Part shown: positions 58,704-64,000 of the stretch, piece after piece | Layout of the letters: every line of letters begins with the position of its first letter | How positions within the stretch are numbered: position 1 is the stretch's first letter | Source of the DNA: Thermoproteota archaeon | Lineage (GTDB): Archaea > Korarchaeota > Korarchaeia > Korarchaeales > Korarchaeaceae | Assembly (NCBI GenBank): GCA_027491395.1 | Contig: JAOZFI010000006.1 | Span: 81,388 to 145,387 of the forward strand | Length of the DNA: 64,000 bases | Direction of reading: 5' to 3' | The notes under the pieces: generated by a model | The model's input: the letters and a program-made list of their open reading frames with translations, nothing else | What the model was told of the DNA's origin: nothing | Databases searched by the model: none | Translations under genes and position numbers: made by a program

Positions 58704-59192
58704 TTACCCCTTAATAAGCCTGCCCTCAGGATCTATCTCTCCTGCTCTAATTCTATGAGATTTCAGAGGAGCGCCATCCTCAGCCAGAACGGTCGGCACT
58801 ACAACTATAAAGAGTTCTCTCAGCCCATTTCTTCTCCTCTCTTCATTTATCATGAGAGCTCTTTCATATGTCTCTGGTGATACAACTATTAGATCGGCCT
58901 CCTCATCGGTCCCTGCCGGACCTATCGGTTCAACGATTTTAACTATTTGGAAGGGTATATTTTTCCCAGTGAGATAGCTGCTCAGCAGGGCCCTTCTCTC
59001 ATCGAAGGGCAGTATCCTCTCCCTGAAAGCCTTCCCCGCCAGTAGGGGACCGTCAGCCAGACCGACCATCAAGCTATCGGCCAGCTTAACGGCAGTATCT
59101 AGTAAAGCTCTGTGGCCCTTATGAAGTCTATCGAATGCCCCACCGACTATAGCCTTCCTAAAAGGCTTCTCACAGCATTTCCTACCTTCCAT
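58704..59192 (-). CDS. coaD: Phosphopantetheine adenylyltransferase (archaeal/eukaryotic type)
   Basis: VGGAFDRLHKGH, IVVSPET, IN..R..NGL, AEDG..KSHRIRAGEID. Confidence 0.9.
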   Translation of the reverse strand: MEGRKCCEKPFRKAIVGGAFDRLHKGHRALLDTAVKLADSLMVGLADGPLLAGKAFRERILPFDERRALLSSYLTGKNIPFQIVKIVEPIGPAGTDEEADLIVVSPETYERALMINEERRRNGLRELFIVVVPTVLAEDGAPLKSHRIRAGEIDPEGRLIKG

Positions 59193-59800
59193 ACCTCATA
59201 TACCTCCTCGGTCCTCCCGTCCTCCAACACCTCGGCGCCGTTCTCGGTCATCCGAACTACAAACCTAACACGCGCTTTGATGGCCTCGCTTAATGACTCC
59301 TCCGAATTCAAGACATATATCGTTTTGTATGGATCGAAATCTCTGGAGAACACGTTCTCCAGCGTATAATCCCCCCCAACCCAAGACTCGTGGATTAGAT
59401 GGTGTATGTTCAGTCTCAAGATCTTCTCCCACTCCTTCACCGGATCTCCCCTAGAGAAAACCCCAATCCTAAAACCGCTCTCTCTTGCAGCTAAAATGGC
59501 GTCTATTATTCCCGGAATTGGCTTCAAAAATGCTCTTTTAACGTCATGGTAAGCTATGACTCCGGCAGCGATGACCCTGTAATCCTCCTTCAGCCCTAGC
59601 TTGACCATCATCTCATTAAAGTGGAAAGGATAATCCTCACCTCTCTCCCTTACAACTTCCATTAGGGTCTCCATCGCCGTGTCTAAGTCCACAGGAAGGC
59701 CGGCTTCCTTCATTGCGGTAACAGCCCACTCCCTAGCGATTCCCTTTAGTAAGTTAGAGTCATAGAGGACATTGTCAATCTCGAGTAGAAGGAGCTTCAT
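59147..59800 (-). CDS. HAD-superfamily hydrolase homologue with degenerate catalytic motifs
   Basis: Cap-domain motifs AMKEAGLPVD, AAGVIAYH, WEKILRL conserved; motif I reads EIDN. Confidence 0.78.
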   Translation of the reverse strand: MKLLLLEIDNVLYDSNLLKGIAREWAVTAMKEAGLPVDLDTAMETLMEVVRERGEDYPFHFNEMMVKLGLKEDYRVIAAGVIAYHDVKRAFLKPIPGIIDAILAARESGFRIGVFSRGDPVKEWEKILRLNIHHLIHESWVGGDYTLENVFSRDFDPYKTIYVLNSEESLSEAIKARVRFVVRMTENGAEVLEDGRTEEVYEVWKVGNAVRSLLGRL

Positions 59801-60819
59801 TCCCTCACCACCTTTGAAAGCTTCTCAGGCCTATCAGGATCTAGGCCCCTTAAAATGGATACCTCATAGGAGAGGAGCTGTATCGGTATGACCATCAACA
59901 CGGGCGAGAATTCGTACTCGGTGGGCGGTAAGGAGAAATCCCCATCCTCACCAACCAATAGGGGTTCACCTCCGAAGGAGGATACCTTCTGCACGACCTC
60001 TCTAACTTCCCTCCAATTGAGGAATATGACTGGTGTGCCTCTATCTACCAGCTGAATGGGCCCATGAAGGAACTCCCTAGCGGCATATCCGACGTAGTGC
60101 AGGTTGGAAGTCTCTCTGAGTTTCAGTGCCGCCTCCAGTGCTGTAGGGTAGTTGGGACCCCTGCCGAGGACGAAACCCACGGGCTTCCCGGCTATCTTGG
60201 GTGCCAGATCGTGAGCAGGTGATCTTGACGCATCTATGGAGCGATTTACTTTCTCCGGAAGGAGTTCGAGCTCAGTGACGAGGCGATCTACCTCCCTACC
60301 TTGGATCGAGGCCAAGCTGACGGAGAGCAGGAAGGATGCCGCTAGCTGAGTGGTATAGCTCTTAGTAGCTGCGATAGCTCTCTCCTCACCGGCCCGGGTC
60401 AGGATCACTTGGTCCGATAGCTTAGCTAGGGTGCTAGCCGGAGTATTGGTTATCCCAATTATAGGCTCGACCGGATTCAACTCCCTAAATCTCCTAACTG
60501 CCGTCAGCACATCCTTACTCTCCCCACTCTGGGAGAAGGCGACTAAGGCGGAACCCTCTAGGTCATTGGGTAGCCAATCAGGCAGTTCAGAGGCTTGAAT
60601 GGAGATCACTCGTGAACCAGATACCTTCATCAGCGTTCTCCCTAGAACCAAGGACGCGTGGTAGCTTGAACCACTCCCCGTCGTGTAGACGAATCTCCCC
60701 TTCAGGTGAAGGGCCGCCTCCATTGCCTCACTCTTAGCCTCGTCTAATGTACGCCTTATTGCCCCTGGTTGCTCTAAGATTTCAGATATCATGTACTGAC
60801 CCGGTCTTTTCCCTTCCAT
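59797..60819 (-). CDS. Double-SIS-domain protein (glucosamine-6-phosphate deaminase/isomerase, GlmS C-terminal-like)
   Basis: EILEQP, GSGSSYH, SQSGES, AATKSY, EAALKLRE, HGP, PDRPEKLSKVV; no glutaminase domain. Confidence 0.88.
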   Translation of the reverse strand: MEGKRPGQYMISEILEQPGAIRRTLDEAKSEAMEAALHLKGRFVYTTGSGSSYHASLVLGRTLMKVSGSRVISIQASELPDWLPNDLEGSALVAFSQSGESKDVLTAVRRFRELNPVEPIIGITNTPASTLAKLSDQVILTRAGEERAIAATKSYTTQLAASFLLSVSLASIQGREVDRLVTELELLPEKVNRSIDASRSPAHDLAPKIAGKPVGFVLGRGPNYPTALEAALKLRETSNLHYVGYAAREFLHGPIQLVDRGTPVIFLNWREVREVVQKVSSFGGEPLLVGEDGDFSLPPTEYEFSPVLMVIPIQLLSYEVSILRGLDPDRPEKLSKVVRE

Positions 60820-60878
60820 CGCGATGAAGCGCTTCGGCTAGGGATAAAGTTATTTACCTGCTAGTAGGGGTAGGTCAT

Positions 60879-61961
60879 ATGGACGAGGAAACGATCTCCT
60901 TCTTTTCTAGATTTTCCGAGGCTTTTGGTCCCTCTGGATTCGAGATAGAACCCCTGAGAATGCTCAAGGACAGGTATTCATCGTATGCCGACGAGGTGCT
61001 GACCGACAGGTTGGGTTCGCTCATAATGAAGAAGACCGGAACGAGCGACAGGCCTCGGATAATGGCAGCGGGCCATAGTGATGAGGTTGGCTTCATAATA
61101 GTCTCCATCGAGGATAACGGTTTCCTCAAGTTCGAGCCCCTGGGGGGCTGGGTCCCCACAACTTTACCCGCTCATAGGGTGGTCATAAGGACGAAGAAAG
61201 GGGATTACGTGGGAGTGATAACGAGCAAGCCCCCTCATCTCATGACTCCAGAGGAGAGAAAGAAGCCCTTAGAGATAAAGGACCTCTATATCGATGTCGG
61301 CGCCAAGAATAAGGACCAGGTACAGGAGATGGGGATAAGGATAGGGGATCCCGTGGCGCCTCTAGCTCCGTTCGAGGTGCTAAGGGGCGGCAAGGCATGG
61401 TTGGGTAAGGCGTTCGACGATAGAGTGGGAGCATTCATAGTAATGGAGGCCCTCAAGAGGCTTAGAGAGGGTGGAGTCCAGCATCCCAATACCTATTACG
61501 CGGTGGCAACTGTCCAAGAAGAAGTTGGTCTGAGGGGAGCTGAGACTGCAGCGGATGTGGTGGACCCGGATGTCTTCATCGCTGTTGACGTGGACATAGC
61601 AGGTGACTCACCTGGCGTGTCTCCGAGTGAGGCTCCAGCTAAGATGGGCGAAGGAGTCTCGATACTGACTTGGGACAGGAGCATGATCCCCAACTCCCGC
61701 TTAAAGGAGTTCGTGATAGAAGTAGCGGAGGAGGAAAATATACCCTACCAGCTCTCTGCCGTTAGAGGAGGTACCGACGCTGGAAGAGTGCACCTGCATA
61801 AGTACGGAGTCCCATCAATCGTGCTAGGGGTTCCCACGAGGCACATTCATTCTCACAGCTCGATAATGTCTCCGGACGATGTGGAGTCCGCCATAAAGCT
61901 ACTGGTGGCCCTGATCAGAAGAATGGATGAGGAGGCTGTGAGGAGGTTCACGGGAATTTGA
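60879..61961 (+). CDS. M42-family (TET) aminopeptidase
   Basis: GPSGFE, GHSDEVG, KAFDDR, VQEEVGLRGA, GGTDAG, RHIHS. Confidence 0.94.
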   Translation: MDEETISFFSRFSEAFGPSGFEIEPLRMLKDRYSSYADEVLTDRLGSLIMKKTGTSDRPRIMAAGHSDEVGFIIVSIEDNGFLKFEPLGGWVPTTLPAHRVVIRTKKGDYVGVITSKPPHLMTPEERKKPLEIKDLYIDVGAKNKDQVQEMGIRIGDPVAPLAPFEVLRGGKAWLGKAFDDRVGAFIVMEALKRLREGGVQHPNTYYAVATVQEEVGLRGAETAADVVDPDVFIAVDVDIAGDSPGVSPSEAPAKMGEGVSILTWDRSMIPNSRLKEFVIEVAEEENIPYQLSAVRGGTDAGRVHLHKYGVPSIVLGVPTRHIHSHSSIMSPDDVESAIKLLVALIRRMDEEAVRRFTGI

Positions 61962-63385
61962 AGGAGCTGAGACTCACCCACCCAATTTCTTGGCTCGATG
62001 GAATAGACCTGAGGACTGGTAAGATAATTCAACAGGATCACCCCCAGAGAGGGGAAAGCATCGCGGGAAAGGTGCTGTACATACCCCACTCCATTGGGTC
62101 CACCGTGGGAGCATACGTCTTCTTCAGCCTGAGGAAGTACGGGACGGCTCCTCTCAAGATAATCTTGGAAGAGCCGGATAGCATAACCATCAGTGCGGAA
62201 CTGGCTGGGATACCTGTTGAATTGAAGGGAGGAAGAGAGCTCAGGCTTGAGGACCCGGAGGTCCCCGATGAGTTCAGGAGATACTTGGAGAAGGAGGCCT
62301 CCATCTCCGGCGCCGAGGGTTTCGTCAGAGTGAGCTCGGTGCACATATCCGGGGTCTCATATGCAACTATAGGCGATGCGGGGAGGGAGTGGCTGGAGGA
62401 GATGAAGGAAAGGGTGGGATTCAGGGTTCTAGCGACAACTAATCCTCTAGGAATGGATCTGACAAGATGGAGAGAGATGGGGATTCCAGAGAGCTTCGCA
62501 AGTGGTCAGTTGAGCATAGTAGAATCCCTTCTGCAGATGGGGGCGATCCCGTCCTTTACATGCACCCCCTACTTGGTGGGAAACCTACCCCACTTCGGGG
62601 AGCACATATCTTGGGGGGAATCTAGCGCGGTCGCCTATGCAAACAGCGTACTCGGGGCCAAGACTAACAGAGAAGGAGGAACCAAGACGATAGTCTCGGC
62701 CGCGACCGGGTACACTTCCCTCTACAACAGGCATCTAGAGATCAATAGGAGGCCCGATTTCAGAGTTAAGCCCCCTGAAATGGAGGGTCTCTCGGATTAC
62801 TACGCTCTAGCCTTCCTCGTTGGTAAGGAATACCCTAATGCCATCCCAGTGTACCTCGTGAGCGGATCTGTACCGGAGATGAAGGCCTTATCGGCTGCTG
62901 GGGCGGCATCAGGCTCCATAGAGATATTCCATGTCCCGGGAGTGACACCAAACCCTCTTCGATCGGTCGATCGAGAGGTGGAGGTGACCAAAAGCGAGTT
63001 AAGGGGAGTATATGAGGACCTGAGCACATTCGATGGGGGTACAGACCTAGTGGTTTTGGGATGTCCACATCTCTCCCTTCAAGAGTTCAAGACTATTGCT
63101 CAAATGGTGGACGGGAGGAAAGCCACGACCCGATTCTGGCTTTATACATCTAGAGCCGTGCTCTCAATGGTAGAGAGATCTGGCCTGAAGAACATCCTCG
63201 ACAGGTTCGGCGCGAGGATATGGGCCGACACTTGCATGGTCGTCTCTCCCTTGGAGGATATGGGGGTGAGGAAGGTAACCACCAACTCCGCCAAGGCCGC
63301 TAAATACCTGAAGACCCTAAGGGGTCTAGAAGTCGAGTTCCTAGACCTAAAAGAAATATTGGAGAGATATAGCGTGCTTCGCTAG
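61958..63385 (+). CDS. Fused aconitase X (DUF126+DUF521), candidate phosphomevalonate dehydratase
   Basis: Swivel domain GID..TG..HP.G.SIAGKVL..GSTVG fused to HISGVSY, TCTPY, WGESSA, TNREGG, GCPH, DTCMVVSP. Confidence 0.87.
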   Translation: MKELRLTHPISWLDGIDLRTGKIIQQDHPQRGESIAGKVLYIPHSIGSTVGAYVFFSLRKYGTAPLKIILEEPDSITISAELAGIPVELKGGRELRLEDPEVPDEFRRYLEKEASISGAEGFVRVSSVHISGVSYATIGDAGREWLEEMKERVGFRVLATTNPLGMDLTRWREMGIPESFASGQLSIVESLLQMGAIPSFTCTPYLVGNLPHFGEHISWGESSAVAYANSVLGAKTNREGGTKTIVSAATGYTSLYNRHLEINRRPDFRVKPPEMEGLSDYYALAFLVGKEYPNAIPVYLVSGSVPEMKALSAAGAASGSIEIFHVPGVTPNPLRSVDREVEVTKSELRGVYEDLSTFDGGTDLVVLGCPHLSLQEFKTIAQMVDGRKATTRFWLYTSRAVLSMVERSGLKNILDRFGARIWADTCMVVSPLEDMGVRKVTTNSAKAAKYLKTLRGLEVEFLDLKEILERYSVLR

Positions 63386-63389
63386 TTTA

Positions 63390-64000
63390 TTAGATCCCCA
63401 GATATGCCCTTTTCACGTGCTCATTTCCCAGAAGCTCTTCACCAGCACCTTCCATCACAGTAACGCCGTTCTCGATCACATAGGCTCTGTGAGCTATGCT
63501 CAATGCCATGTAGGCGTTTTGCTCGGCGATCAGTATGGTGACTCCCTTCTCCTTGTTTATCTGACTTATCGTCCCGAATATCCTATCGACCAGCAAGGGT
63601 GCCAAGCCTAACGAGGGTTCATCGAGCAGTAGCAGTTCGGGTCGGCCCATGAGGCCCTTACCTATAGCGAGCATCTGCTGTTCCCCACCGCTGAGGGTTC
63701 CAGCGAGCTGCTTTTCCCTCTCCTTCAGCACTGGAAAGAGCGAGTACACGAACTCCAAATCCCTCTCAACCTCATCCCTATCGGTCCTCATGAACGCCCC
63801 CATCTCCAAGTTCTCCCTGACCGTCATATCGGGGAAGAGACCCCTACCCTCAGGTACATGGATTATTCCCAACGAGGCTATTTGATAGGGCTCCATACCG
63901 ACTATACTCTTTCCTTGGAAGACCACATCTCCTCTCAATGGTTTGAGCATCCCAGTTATTACCCTCAATGTGGTTGTCTTCCCCGCTCCGTTGGCCCCTA
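63390..64000 (-). CDS. livF: Branched-chain amino acid ABC transporter ATPase (5'-truncated by window edge)
   Basis: GANGAGKTT at the window edge, VPEGR, LSGGEQQML, LLLDEPSLGLAP, EQN. Confidence 0.93.
   Translation of the reverse strand, partial: GANGAGKTTTLRVITGMLKPLRGDVVFQGKSIVGMEPYQIASLGIIHVPEGRGLFPDMTVRENLEMGAFMRTDRDEVERDLEFVYSLFPVLKEREKQLAGTLSGGEQQMLAIGKGLMGRPELLLLDEPSLGLAPLLVDRIFGTISQINKEKGVTILIAEQNAYMALSIAHRAYVIENGVTVMEGAGEELLGNEHVKRAYLGI

Noticed and set aside
1-64000. Many 60-210 aa antisense or alternate-frame ORFs in the track (e.g. 1557-2105, 8609-9241, 9475-10035, 14388-15005, 17380-17871)
   Set aside because: They are shadows of well-supported genes, Ser/Leu/Pro-rich as expected for reverse complements, with no motifs or RBS
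1-64000. CRISPR array, rRNA, transposase or integrase
   Set aside because: No regularly spaced repeats or recombinase/transposase motifs seen; intergenic gaps are too short

Overview
Gene-dense core-chromosome segment of a thermophilic TACK archaeon. A Korarchaeota-like lineage is inferred from crenactin, Alba, class I LysRS, AsnRS, a multi-OB RPA and GAGGTGA ribosome-binding sites; this is not proven. The window holds about 70 CDS: the basal transcription set (TFB, Rpo12, TBP, Rpo6), gluconeogenesis (FBPA/ase, TIM), thermosome, Lhr, a complete A/V-type ATP synthase split into two convergent units, two 2-oxoacid:ferredoxin oxidoreductase clusters, repair genes and modified mevalonate pathway candidates. 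It also has three tRNAs (one with a BHB intron) and a VapBC-like pair. I found no CRISPR array, rRNA or transposase. The most notable observations are: (1) a highly divergent RuBisCO-fold protein that has lost the KDDE catalytic motif and is coupled to a DUF72 gene next to crenactin; (2) two unannotated box C/D guide RNAs that appear to target the 23S rRNA A-loop and helix 69; (3) a low-GC membrane-sector block of the ATP synthase with an elongated subunit I; (4) a fused aconitase-X, a WecB-RCK_C fusion, a degenerate HAD, and a probable ATA start codon. All calls come from motif recognition by eye, with no database searches. Start codons were adjusted using RBS position where noted.
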